Source: Ptychomitrium polyphyllum
Lineage: Eukaryota
Length of the DNA stretch: 64,000 nucleotides
Assembly (NCBI GenBank): GCA_973851085.1
Contig: OZ316775.1
Span: 13,578,001-13,642,000, forward strand
Direction of reading: 5' to 3'
Positions within the stretch are counted from its first letter, which is position 1. Each line of letters starts with the position of its first letter. The notes under the pieces are model-generated. The model worked only from the letters and a program-made list of their open reading frames with translations, was not told the DNA's origin and searched no databases. The position numbers and the translations under genes are program-made. Shown in pieces: positions 44,601 to 57,938 of this stretch.

Positions 44601-47600
44601 AATGCTTAAAATTAAAAAGTCATAACTCCATCAAAATAAAGATAAATTCTTATAAATTTGACAATCCAAAATTTATTAACAAGTTCAAACTTAGCAAAAA
44701 CCTTATTTAAAAATTAAAATGTAATAGTCTTATAAATCACTTGATTAGCATTTAGGACCTACAGCATAGTGTAAGCAGCCAAGTAGCATTAAACCAACCT
44801 TTATAATTATCATTGAGCATTGAGCAAAAGATCTTCATTTCATAATAGAGACTCTGAACCTTTTCAATGCACCTGTACACCTAGTGAAGAATGTTTTATT
44901 CACCACAAGAATGTTTATAAGGATCAGAACTAGAAGAGAAACTATGGTTCGTTTTGTATGGGGGTGTGAATTAAATATTTAATTTTCCATCACAAAGCAA
45001 CTATGACTAGATGATGTGAACCAAAAGTGCAAGAATGTTACATTTTACAGTAAGAAATGCACTACACAATAAGCATGCATATTTACATAGTGAATAACAA
45101 TCATACATACAGAGTGCTATAGAATATGAAAGTTGTTTATATTTTAATTCCAAGCCATGTATTACGTTCTTAGTTGGATGAACCTCATATATTTGGTTCC
45201 ACTTTGAATTAGGCTTGTATTAACATAGTTTGTGATGCACACTAGCTTAGTATTCCTAAATATTCATAAACATGTAGTTTGTAATAAATTTTGCTTTAAC
45301 ATTTTAGATATCAGGTACAAAGTAGCTTAAGGATTAGTTGAAAAAATATGCTGCAAAAGGTCACAACGATGTGTTATAAGTGACTATTGTAGAGACATAG
45401 TTATTTCTTTTCAAATCACAATAACTGAAATATATTGGAAAAATATAGATTTCAATATTTGACCCCATTTAATATTTGCGTGTCTATCAAACCAATAATT
45501 GTAAGATTCATAGAAAGTAAAAAGATTTGATGAAGACCATCAATCAAATCTTCACAAAAAAAACTTGAAATTGCAAATCAACAAGCTAAATAATGTATGC
45601 CAAATACACATAGCATAGCAATACCAATCCAATGCTTGTAATGATATACTTTAATTTCATATTAATTTCTTATAAATTTTAACTACTCAAAAACATTATG
45701 TTTGAAGGTATATCTTCATAACTACAAATTTGTGCATTAAATTCAAATTTAAGTTGTACACTATGCTTCTACAATTATATACAACAATAAAATTGAAAAT
45801 CTTTAGACTTAAAATAAATTTGCAAAAAGTCCATGATCTTTTGTATAGTTGTAAATATATGTAGTGAAATTTCTTCTTCCTATTGATAGGACTTTTTAAC
45901 CATTGATAACAACCTTCATCCTTTGATAAAGTTTATGAGTAATTTGTAATATAAACATGTATACCAAGAAAAACATAACTTATTTTGAGTAGTATAATAA
46001 AAAAAAAGCATTTTAATAAAGACCTTTATGCTATAGTTTGAAATTTAAACTCGTTAAGCAAGATTAATTTAATTGTATTGACAAAGATCCATTATTATGA
46101 TGATTTTTATTGCTAAATAAAAGACTCCATTTGTGTAAAGAACTTTATTGCTATACAAAGATTCATTCAAGCATTTGAATTACATTTTTTTATAAACCCA
46201 GGTCTAAGGAAGTATCACAATTATAAGGAAAAATATTAATATCTATGATAGAGCTTGTGCAAAATAAGTTGCCAACTAACTATTTTATATACAAATTTGA
46301 AGGCTCCTCAATTAGCATCAATGACCCACACAACCTTACATTTTCCTTTTAAACAAATTGTCATATGATATGGTATTGGGTGCCAAGCCACATTGGATAG
46401 ATGCAATGCAATTTGGTTTAAGGAGTTTATTAATGCATTTAGTTCGAACTTCACATTAATTGGTCTTTATTGTCAATTAGAATTTCAAGGGAGGTGTATA
46501 GTAAAAAAGCTCTTAGGCTTGGCATTCTTTGTTAAATCAAGTCTTGTAATTGTGATTTGAAGGAGAAAAAGATCTTGTATAGGATTTGGTTGAAAATGAT
46601 GGTGCAACCATTTAGTAAAACCTTAAGTTTCTTCATACATTTACACTTTTAATTTCTCCTTTTATGGAATAAAAGACAGCTTGATTTATGTATTGTGGTT
46701 TCTCATAATTCACTTCACTTGACAAAATCTTTTTAAAAATTTCTGTGAAATTTAATTTTTTCGAAACTCTTCATTTTAACGTCTTGCATGTCAATTTTTA
46801 AAGTTGAGGAGAATAACAAGTTGAGAGAAAAAAAACATTTAGTTCAAATTGGAATTTTGTAAAGGCAAAGGGGCTGGCTGTTAATACTGACACCCCAGTT
46901 GTTGGAAGGTGCTACTCCACAAGCTCAATTTGTGGGACTTGATTCTCTGCTTCCAGCGTCATTGGGACCTGATCCCATGCTCTGAACATTTTCTTTTTTC
47001 ATATATCAGGTTTTTTTGTTTAGGCCCACTGCTTATTCTTTTACATGCAATTTGGGTGTGTTTGACTCTAGGGGCTTTTAAAAGCATGAAGGGGAAATTC
47101 ATAGTATTCCAATTTTATTATGGCACTTATTAAGTACAAAGAACTGTTTTGATGCCATTTTATTCTTATTGTTGTAAGTTTTCACAACTTGTGGCCATCT
47201 ACGTCATGTTTGTGCTAATAGCTTTGGCCTGTTTTGAGTTTTGCAATCCGTTGTTTTGAAAAGAGGTTTTAGTTTTTGATTTCTAAATTTTGTTCTTACC
47301 ACCATCCCTAGTTGCAAGTTTTTTTGTTGTTAATTTATAGTATTGTCTTATTTTGTGTAGTATATAGTATGTATTTTATTAATATATTGTAAAGATGAGG
47401 TAGAATTAATGGCTGGCAAGATCCTTTTATATGCATCAAATGAGCAATGTTTGTTTTAATTGTGGTGACTAGGAAATGATGATTCAACAACATCAAGTTT
47501 GGTGCCCATGATAGATGCAAATGAAAATTGTTCTTATGTTTTTAGATTGTTGTAGTTTCTTTTATTATGCAATTTATGAGTTGGCGTTATCAATCTCCCT

Positions 47601-50589
47601 CACTAGAATACTTGGAAGGCAATCACATGAATGACATTGAGTAATGGTGGATATCAACAAGGCTTTTCAATATATTTCAACATTGGATACTATTAGGAAG
47701 CTTTGAATATTTAGTATAAAAACATTCAATAAGATGGAGGATGAACCTTGCAATGTGGTGAAGAATTGGTTCTAAATACAAGCTAAGGGCATTTCATTGC
47801 TTGATTTTGAATTTGGATGAAGGAGATTCATTAATGGTCCGTTAGCTTCAATGATTGATATGCGCATGAGTTGTTGCAACAAAATGTAAAGCATGAAGTT
47901 CTCCACACTTATAAAAGGTGGATTAAGCAACATTTGCTCCAATTATATAAAATAAATTGCTACTAGAAATCTTGTGTAGAGCTCATCTTTAGACTCAAAG
48001 ATGATGCTATTGTTAAGGTTGATTTCTACAATGCTTGAAAATATTTAAAGAAAATGCACTAGTGATTGGACCTTCTTCAAAGGACAATGGTTCATACACC
48101 TTCTCATAGATGGCTCTATCTATACAAGTTATTTTGTTTGTAGAAGGAGAGCAACCAATGTTCGATCTACTATGAGTGTTTATAGCAAATTTAGAATATG
48201 AATATAAAAGCTTTGAACATGATTAGATGCAGGGCATTTAAAACTCCTAACGCAAGAAGGAAGATATACTACAAATTATTTATATACATTTGGCACAATT
48301 TGTTGTGGAATTTGGTGGAATGTTTGGTTATAAATACTATAAATTTAATAATGATTACAGTACTTAATCTATTTAATTATATTTGAAACATGGTTTTATG
48401 GTTTTTAAAGTATAATTGGAGGAATAAATGATCAACTAGCTTTTGGCACAGTTGAAAAAATATTTAACTTCACTTTATTGGTCTTATATCTTAGTTTGGA
48501 AGGATATAGATAAAATAATGTGACCTTTATATTAGATTTATACAACATTTTGTGGCAGATTTCTAAATTAATAAGATAATCTACAATATTAATTCCTAAA
48601 AAATCTAATGAATTTGATGAAATTTAAATGTGTAATAAATGTGATTTTTACAATTTTAATAAAGTTTTTTCAAAAATAAATAAAAAGAATGATAATTAGA
48701 TATAAAGTACATGGTCAAAAAATTTCACAACATGTAAGTTTTTTACCAAATTAATTTGAAATTTTCAATCTTAAATTTTTTATCAAATTTTTATTTTCTA
48801 ATTTTAATGCTCCAATAATTTTCCTTATTTGTTTAAATAAAAATCGCATATTGAAGAAAAAAAGCATAAAGATTAAAAAAGTTATTCTTTTAATAAATAG
48901 CACCTTATCAATCTTATTTTGGAATAATAAAAAACTTCATAGATAAAAACTTCATGAGATTAGTGATCTTTTTATAAAAATTGTCACAATTGTTACCCAT
49001 TTTTGAGCATTTATAGGTCAACTTGGCTAAAACTAAGAAAAAAACAAAAATCTTATCATGGCTATAGGTTGAAAACTATAGCCATACTTTCTATTTTGTG
49101 TCAATGGAAATCATACTAGTTCATTAATGTTTACATTCCTGGATTCTTCTTCTAGAAACATAGATGAAAAGCAAGATATTTGAATAGACATCATTGTTCC
49201 ATTTCAGTTGAAGCTTAATAAAGCATATTAACAGAATTATAATGTAAGAAAAATAAACACAATGTACAGTGCTTTCAAATTTTGCAGAACTTAATTTTTT
49301 AACAATTGAAGAAGATCAATAATTCTTTAAATAAGACCTATGTTTCTTTTATTTGTTATTAATTGCCAAATTGGCAATCGAAGATACTTTAACCATATAT
49401 TAGATGTAAACACATTTCAATTTATAAATTTGTATTGCTTTCATCATAATCTACAAATTCCATCTGAAATTTGAAATACTATTGTTTATTTGAAATCATA
49501 TAAATGTCTTTCAAAAGTATTGTATAGAGCTTGGATTGATGGTGTTTTAGGTGATATAACATTTTTTGATGAAAATTGATGTGGTTGTCAATAAAACAAC
49601 TATTTCTATCAGTTATTTAAAAAAAAATTATCAGATCATTTTGTCAAAATTTTAAATAAAAAATTGGAATTATTTGTAATATTAGCCATACATTGAATAT
49701 TATTGGGTAATATTCATAAATCACTTAAGCATTATTCTTTAAAAATTATTTTAATTTTCCTGTTTTTATTAACATATGGTAATATACTTACTTTTTGTCC
49801 AACATGGAATGAAAATAACATATATTTCTTCATAGATAAGTTGGTCCAAACTGATTCAGAGCTTTTAATATTAAATAAAAGAATCAATATTTTATGTGTG
49901 AATGAGTTTTATTATTTTTATGATATAACTTAATCTTAAACCTCATTTTCATTGCAATGTTTAACCTAATACATTTATGAACTTTCATTATATTTTTCTT
50001 TTAGTTTTTTGGATTTAATGAAGTTCTGTATAAAAATCTATTCCCGCACATTGGTTGATGTAGAATCACTGGTGTTGTCTGTGAAATTGCACCTTCATAT
50101 GGCACGAGGACGTAGATTTAGTTCTGGAATGAATAAATAATTTTTTCTCAAGCTGGTTTCCTTTGAGAATAAGGAGTTTATTTTCTACTTGATAAAATTG
50201 GATTTATTTAAAACAATGTAACATATCAAATCTTCCACAACACGGTGAAAATATTTATATTCAATGACGTGAGGTTGGATATGGAGGTGTGAAAATCCAC
50301 TAACAGAAGTTTGAAATAAAATGTAAGGAATTATTTTGTAATTTTTAGACAACAAAATGTAATTGCATTAAGATTAAGAAGTACAATTATTATTGTATAC
50401 TAATCCTCTTTCTGAATGTGAACTTTGAACTAGTGCAAGTGCTAGTGCGAGATTGACAATTTAAATTTATTTGGTAAAAAACTAACATTTTTTCAAATCT
50501 TTTTGACCATATACTTCATTTCTAATTGTTGTTCCTCTCAAGGCATTTTCAATTGTTTTAGGGATTCTGAAAATTTCCTTGCAACCAAA

Positions 50590-51465
50590 ACACATCCGCT
50601 TGTTGTGGCCAGTGGTGCCGCATTGTCTACATTGCTGTGACCTCTTTGTGGCATGTTTAAATGCAAAAAAGTTGCATCCTATTGGAGATTTTGCCTTATT
50701 CTTAGCACCAGCAGGCCAACCCTTTGGTTCAATGGCTGCAAATTAGCCATTATTAGCATTTGACCTACTTTCAGTAGAATGTACGTCATGGAGATGCCAA
50801 TGTTGGTGAATATCATCCAGCATGATGGCAGTGCTTGTGGAGAGATTTGCAATTGTATGGACATAGGAAAAATCCGTTGGGTTATTGAAAGTACTTGTGC
50901 ATTCCAGCAGTGGCAAATTGGCAGCGGTTTGCTGCCTTTGCATATTCAACAACTTCAGTGCATGGTGCAACATAGATTCCACAAGCTATGCAAGAAGCGG
51001 CATGCATAATGTGTGCAGTATATGAACACGTTTGCTTACTATAGTTGCCTTAAATTTGGTAGCTTGGTGTGTGAATATCTGTACAATTTGTTCTTGAACA
51101 GCATGCAAGTTGCTGATGGATACATGTAGAAAGTATTTGAGCATAGCCTGCACCCCTTAAACGCAGGATGTTGTTGTGTTTTCTAGGTGAAGGCATTGTT
51201 GGTCCAAGCACTGATGAATTTGTAATTTAGTAGGAGCCAGGTCTGTTCCAGATATGCCAAAATTGCTATCATATTTTTAAAGTCGGAACAAAGGTCTTCT
51301 CACAACTTGTCAAATTGAGCAAAAGTGTTTGAGCAGCAAATGATTGTTCATGTCTTCATTAATACATTGCATTATATTTTTTTGTTGACGATCTTCTTAC
51401 ATTTTGCTAGCATATATTATCAATATGCCAAAGCAATGTGGCTAACAACATTCCAAGAAGAAGAT
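50590..51465 (-). mobile_element. Mutator-like (MULE) transposase, C-terminal half (degenerate)
   Basis: Minus-strand fragments LWHIDN..LAKCKK, YLEQTWL..KFISAWT, HLENTTTS.V*G.QAMLK and LDDIHQHWHL, plus a terminal zinc knuckle CRQCGTTGHNKRMC (CX2CX4HX4C). Confidence 0.8.
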
Positions 51466-51907
51466 TGTGATGACACTTATTAGTGCTAAGTCTATTTGGG
51501 ACACAAGAAACAAGAAGCAGATATGAAGTGATTTTCAAGACTTAGCTTCCAAAGAGTTAATAATTAATAAGAATTGATACAAAGACTTGAACAACTGCAC
51601 AATACAATATGAACTACAACTTGTATTGGCACAACTGAGGTATATCTTGTCTTGCCTCCTATTTGTACTATAATGCATGTATTTCCTAGGATATTTCTAA
51701 AGAAGCTTTGTATGAAACTTAAGAATGTTCTAGAGGTTTATGGAACCTTCTTAAGAAATTTTCCAAGATGATGGAATCTTTCTACAAAGTATTTCAAGGA
51801 TTGGAATGGCTATAGAAGCATTGAAAATATTCTAAGAAGCTACTATAATTTACCAAGAAGTTCTAAAAGATTCTAAAGACTATATTACATGATCTATTTC
51901 CATGACA
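51466..51907 (-). repeat. 3' LTR of the gypsy element
   Basis: On the minus strand it begins TGTCATGG right after the PPT and ends ATCACA; it shares sequence with 56262-56430. Confidence 0.75.
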
Positions 51908-51961
51908 TCACCTCTTCTTTTAGCAATAAGTTCCACAAGGAGATCTTATTGTAACTTATTC

Positions 51962-52061
51962 CTCACATCTTCACAAATTCCAAAATTTGTTAAGTAACAT
52001 ATTTGACTTGTCTCACATCTTCACAAATTCCAAAATTTGTTAAGTAACATATTTGACTTGT
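51962..52061. repeat. Perfect 50-bp tandem duplication inside the gypsy element
   Basis: CTCACATCTTCACAAATTCCAAAATTTGTTAAGTAACATATTTGACTTGT x2. Confidence 0.92.
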
Positions 52062-55000
52062 TCATTACCCATTGGTTCAATCGGTTCTCACAAGAAATAA
52101 TAGTGACCACCAGCCAAGATTTCTATTGTGGAAATATCCTAACTTAAGATTTGATCTTGATTAAATACTTCAAAACATCCTCCAAACATGATCTTTAATA
52201 GTCCAAGAATGACTCTTCCAATTTCTGACAAGATGACCAAAGTTCAATTATTAAATCAAGATTGGAATGTAAAGGACAAGTGGCCAATATTTCTACTCAT
52301 GATTGTACTTGACATTGCAGTATTTTTGTCTTATCTTGCTTTAAATCCTTCAGTGCTAAACGTTGAAAAAGTTGAATTGGTTCAATAGGTGTTACCATTG
52401 AAGAAGGCACAATTGACAACTTTTCACGCATATCCATGATAACACAAAGATTTCACATACTAGCTAAGATCTAAAAATTATCTATTTTGAAAATATTGTT
52501 GTATATAGTTGAAGGTTGGATATTTTTCTCCCTTCTTATATTCAATTATGGAAAAATCTTTTCTATGAAGTTATAGCTATTATTTTATTATAATACATCA
52601 TTATTTTTGTTTGTATATTTTGTTGTAAGAATCATATGCTATCTCCAACCTTGAACCTTGGATGGTCTTTTTGATGGCAATTTGCATAGTTTTTATATTG
52701 ATCTTGAGCTTATTGTAAATTGAAAAGCAAGTTCTTGGTGGATTTTAACTAGTTGAGTTGCAAAATCTTCTGTAGTAGGATTTCTAACATGCTTCACTTG
52801 AAATGGATTTTCTTGAGGATGATGGCAATAGCTTGTAAAGAATGAGTTTTGCGTTGTTGAAAAATGCATTGTAATGTTGTAAGTAAATTGTACCAAAGAT
52901 AAGAAGTCTTTCCAATTGTTTTGCTGGTAGTTTATATTCCAATTAAGATATGGCCCCAAAATTTAATTCATACGTTTGGTTTTATCATTGGTCTGCGGAT
53001 AGTGTGCTAAAAAAAAGTTGATCTTCATATGCAATAGCTAGAATAGAGCCCTCCAAAGCTAGAGATGAATTGCAACCTTCAATTCAATACAATATCATTT
53101 AATAGACCATATATGCGATAAATGTGATTTAAGAATAAGTTGGCAATTTTTTTGCCCATAACGGTCTTTTTGCATGGAATGAAATGCGCCATTTAGGTGA
53201 ATTAATCCACTACTACCAAAATAAATTCTTTAGAATTTGAACTAGAGAAGTTTATAATAAAATCCATTAACAATAATAACCATGGACCCTTTGGTACTAA
53301 AAGCGGATAGAAAAAACCATGAGGTTGGTGTCTTGGTACCTTGGCCTTGTGTAAGTGTCACATGATCAAACAAAGTCTTTCACATATTTCCACATGTGTA
53401 GCCACCAATAGTTTTTAACAATCAACTCCATTTTTTTGTTGAATTGAAAGTGCCTTGCCGTTGGTAAATTATAACGGACTTGAAGGATTTTTAATTATAA
53501 GGATCCTAAAGATAAGTACAAAAGTTCTTTATAGCAAAGTAGGCCCTCTTGAAATTCAAAGTCTTCATTACTATTTGAAGGATTTCTATTATCTTTAAGG
53601 TGCCATCTCATATTTGAAACAAAGATGTCATTCTTCAAAGCCTTCCGGATTTTGTCAAGATGGTGTGTTGTAATGATGGTCACTAATCTCAATTGAAGAT
53701 TCTATAATTTCAACAAAATAGTCTTTTATTGATTTAAAATTTCATTTCTAGATTTAATAACCAAATAAGAACTTTGAGATAGGACATTTGGCTTATTTTG
53801 TATGTGACAAGGTCAATAGATAATGATGAAGTCAAATCTAAAAAATGACATATTTCATCTTGTTTGACAACGATTTAGAACATGCGCATTCATAAAGTAC
53901 TCAAAGTTCTTGTGGTCTGTATATAATGTGATGGTATATTAATTTCCTTCCAACAAATGTTGCCATTCCTCAAATTCATCTAAAATTGCAAGTATTTCTT
54001 TGTTATGTAGATCATAGTTTATATTTGTTGTTGAGAACTTCTTTGAACAAAAAACAATTGGATAGAATCTTTTGTCTTTGTTATATTATTAATATATTAA
54101 GCCAAGTGCAAAGTTTGAGGCATTTACTTCCAAATTAAAAGGTTTTGATGGGTTTGGATGAATAGAGATTATAACCAATGTGAATGACTTTTTAAGACCT
54201 TGAAATGCTTGCTTTGCCTCTTTATTCCAAATGAATTTTTGTCTTACCATAAATTGCGTAAATGGTGTCAAAATCTTTGAATAATCCTTGATGAATATCC
54301 TATAAAAATTTGCAAATCTCAAGAAGCATTAAACACCTTGAATTGATCTTGGCATATTTCACTTCATAACATTTTTTATTCATTTGGATTCTTCATTTGG
54401 GGATTATGTAGCCTAAAAATTCATTTGAAGATTAACAAAAAGGTACTTTTTTAATTTGGCATATAATCCTTATTGGCGTAGTCTTTTTAATATTAATTGG
54501 TGGTTACAAATAACATTTGTGGTTTTATTCATTCTTTGAATATATCAAAATGTCATCCAAATAAATGATTACAAAATTGTCTAAATGTTCATGGAAGATA
54601 TCATTCATTATATGTTGGAAGATTGCAAGGGCATTAGTAAGGCCAAAAGCATGATGCTGTATTCAAAATGGCCATACCTAGATCAAAAAGCTATCTTCCA
54701 TTCATTTCCTTCTTTAATTTGTATAAGGTTGTAGGCTCTTCAAAGGTTAATCTTGGTGAATATCTTTGCCTGGCCAATTGTTGAAGAAATTTTGAGATTA
54801 TTGGTAATGGATAGCAATTCTTCTTGATCATATTATTGAAGCCTTAAAAGTCTACGCACTTACGTAGTGATCCATCATTCTTCTTCACATATAAAATGGG
54901 CACTCTAGCAGGTGATTTGGAATGACGGATGAAGCTTTTTCTAAGGTTTTCATCAATATATTCTTTCAAGGCAATTAATTCAATTTGTGATAAGTTATAG

Positions 55001-56261
55001 ATGTCATCGAATAAACGTAAAGTAAGAGGTAAAAATTAGAACATGGTTCCTATTATGACTGAGCATCATTATTTTTCAAATCCATTATTGTGCTCCAAAC
55101 TTTGAAGGCAAATCTTTTGATTTGGAAATTGTATACTTTATATTTAGAGTTATCTCAGTATAAATATGGATTTCCTCTTTGATGTCTTTCTTATTCTACT
55201 AGAGTCAAATGTCTAAATTGGACAGCATTAATTTGCATAGATTTTGGTCATAATGGTCATTTTTTCAATACTTTTGGAGAAGTAGTTGCCATACTTTGAT
55301 GTATTGGTTCCCATCCAAAGTATTATTTTTGGCGCCTTTCAAATAATTTATTGTCACATGCTATTGTTTGGACAATGAATTTGTTTGATATATCGACACT
55401 TGGCATTTTAAATAGCAAATCCTTTACATTCTCTCTCAAGCCCCATTCAAATTGTGTGACCAAGGCTTTATCATTCCAATCAAGGTTGCAAGTTAGTTGC
55501 CAAAATTGTTTCCAATGTTTCCAAATGCAAATGTTAACGCTTTTATGAGAGCGCCTATATTGCTCAACAATGGTGATTTCTTCTCCATTAATGGTGCAAA
55601 CTACAATAGTGGATTGTTTGATAAAACATTGGTTACAAATCCTATATGAGTAGTGTCATCAAGAAAACAAGATCGATGCAAATAAAAATAGAGCCTTATT
55701 TGTTAAACAAAGCTACTTAATCTTAATCTTGATCCATAAAACGTGTCTAGTATATTAATTTTGATATAGAACTTTTCTTCTAATATAGGCCTCTTACAAT
55801 CTATCATCATTGTTGTATTCTTCAATCTATTAAGTGTGCTCCTCAAAATTGAATAAGCTTTGTTTGAAGTATGTTTAGTAACTTTTGAAGGTCTATAATA
55901 ATTGCAAAAATGTTCTTTGATACTTCTTGCACGTTATTCATACTCCGACTAATAATTTTGTAAATGAAACAAAGAAGAATAAGAAAAGAACAAAGAACTA
56001 ACTTGGAAAAGGGTAATCTACAACCTCCAAAGACTTTCTATATTTTCAAGAAGTAAATCTACGTACTTAAGATTGTAAAAGACAAGAAGATTAACAATAT
56101 CTTCAAAAGAGGGTAATTTGCATCTTTTGAAAAATCAATCCTTCTTCAATAGAAATAGTATTTGTAGTATCACCTTAGAAAAGGTAATCCACAACCTTTT
56201 AATCATTTTAGAATCCTAAAGGAAATGGGAAATCTAGTATCTTCTTCAAAGAAACCTTTGC

Positions 56262-56430
56262 TTTGACAAAGATGAAGAAATATTAGGGGCATAAGAAATA
56301 AGAAATAGATACAAAGTGATTTCTAAAAATTAGCTTCTAAAACAAGAATAAGTATACTTTCTAGAAACTTTATATGAAGCTTAAGAATGTTCTAGAAGTC
56401 TATAGAACCTTATTAACAAATTTTTAACCT
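56262..56430 (-). repeat. Truncated, internally deleted 5' LTR of the gypsy element
   Basis: agaaataagaaatagatacaaagtgattt and cttaagaatgttctagaagtctatagaacctt match 51505-51540 and 51718-51750. Confidence 0.7.
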
Positions 56431-56444
56431 TTTAAAAAAGTTTT

Positions 56445-57000
56445 CTAAGTGCTGCTAGCTAACAAATGTGAGGGCCTATAAGTATCGTGCAATGTTTCTT
56501 CTTTAAAGAAAGTAAAGTTGACAAAGAAAGTCGTATTGCAATCTGTACGGCCAACAACAATTAGCATGCAAAAACAATTTGTTTCATATATGCAATCCAT
56601 TAGCAGAATTGAAGAGTAGCCCTGTGCCAAAGCAATCAATTTGGATGTGCAAAGAACAGACGCCGCACATTGTTATTTGCATTCAATTGCTTTCTTTTAA
56701 CTCATTCAGCAATATCTCAATAAGAAAACTACCAACAAGTACCTCAATAAGTTGTTTTACTTTTGCGTTGTACACTATCTTTGTAATCACCAGCACTAAT
56801 AGGTGCTTGCTTTCCAGAGCTATCAAGATCTGTTGTGGAGCCACGCCCGTGGAAGCTAGCTACTCAGGGCTCTCCTCCACCTCTCCAAACAGCCAACGGC
56901 TCGTCGGATGGCTGGCCATCTCCAACAAAGGCATGTGGTTATGCTCTCCATCCTTGACAGAGAGGCTCCATTGGCCATCTCTACTACATTTTGCCTGTTG
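56445..57000 (-). mobile_element. Mutator-like (MULE) transposase, N-terminal half (degenerate)
   Basis: WSLSVKDGEHNH (end of a FAR1/WRKY-GCM1-type zinc finger), GVAPQQIL...IVYNAK, RLFFAHP, and ILLMDCIYETN..M.IVVG..NTTFFVNFTFFKEE (first catalytic Asp of the MULE DDE domain). Confidence 0.82.
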
Positions 57001-57938
57001 CTGTCATGCGCTTTATCATTGTCAGCAGCAGCATCCGCCGCGGTCACATCCAAACTCATGCGCTTTATCATGCCGCGGTTACAACCAAACTCAAGGCAAT
57101 TATGAGGTGTCAAAATGCCTTATTAGAAGTATATAACCTACGGCCAAGCTTGCCTTCTATACATATAAAAGCAAAACTTCATAGTTTGGAATGGTGGTAG
57201 AGGTATTATATTACATAAGAAGTAATCAAAAGTTGTAAAGAGAGCTTTGATATTTGCAAGATTAGTTGTGAAGAGAGTTGTGAACAGTGGACACGTACAA
57301 GATGGTGGCAATAAAACTTCAAACAGTAAATCTTCAAATTGTGGTTAACTTAAGACCAGGTTAATTACAGTAGCAAAAGCAAGGCAGATCATAACTACAC
57401 TATCACAATTACTATGATTTTCCTCAATTTTGGTGCCATACCTTAGTTGCAGCATACTCTAGATTGGCGGTCGACCTATATGGAAAATATTTGCAAAATA
57501 AAATAGAATAATTACTTCTAAAATTCGATATACCCAAGTTGCTATATCTACCTGCAAAAACTTGCTGTACGTCAAGATTTTATGCCATTACAAGCGGCTG
57601 AAGCAGATAAATTATGAGAGAAGATTACAAAGCAGTTAGCCAAAATTTCTCTCGATTTCACACCCACCAGTCTAACGGATGTCACTGCATGGTTAGCCGA
57701 CAGCAGAAGAACCAGAATTTAGGACAGATATAAATGACTTCCATCTTCCACCGAGTTGTTGCAATGACGTGAAAAAACAAATTTTTATTTATTTTAGATT
57801 TTCTTGCAAGAACTACACGTGATAAATTACTGCAGTTCATCTGCAATTTACGCTTTTGTAACTAGACACTCGCTCAAAACCTGCACTTAGTATGCTATGC
57901 AAAGTTTGCCAGAGAACAAAGACGATAGTATGATTCAT

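Larger units (their letters stand above)
51466..56430 (-). mobile_element. Degenerate Ty3/gypsy LTR retrotransposon
   Basis: Minus-strand order: gag remnant (LDWNDKALVTQFEWGLRENVK, about 55420-55500), RT ([29 protein letters not shown], about 54540-54650), RNase H region (FANFYRIFIKDYSKI; LEVNASNFALG), then integrase (WKDFLSLVQFTYN). PPT AAAAGAAGAGGTGA at 51908-51921. Many stops and frameshifts. Confidence 0.92.

Noticed and set aside
42060..50400. Short ORFs in the AT-rich block (also 6200-10000 and 22000-24200)
   Set aside because: Low-complexity Ile/Phe/Lys/Asn-rich chance ORFs; probably decayed TE DNA that I cannot classify.
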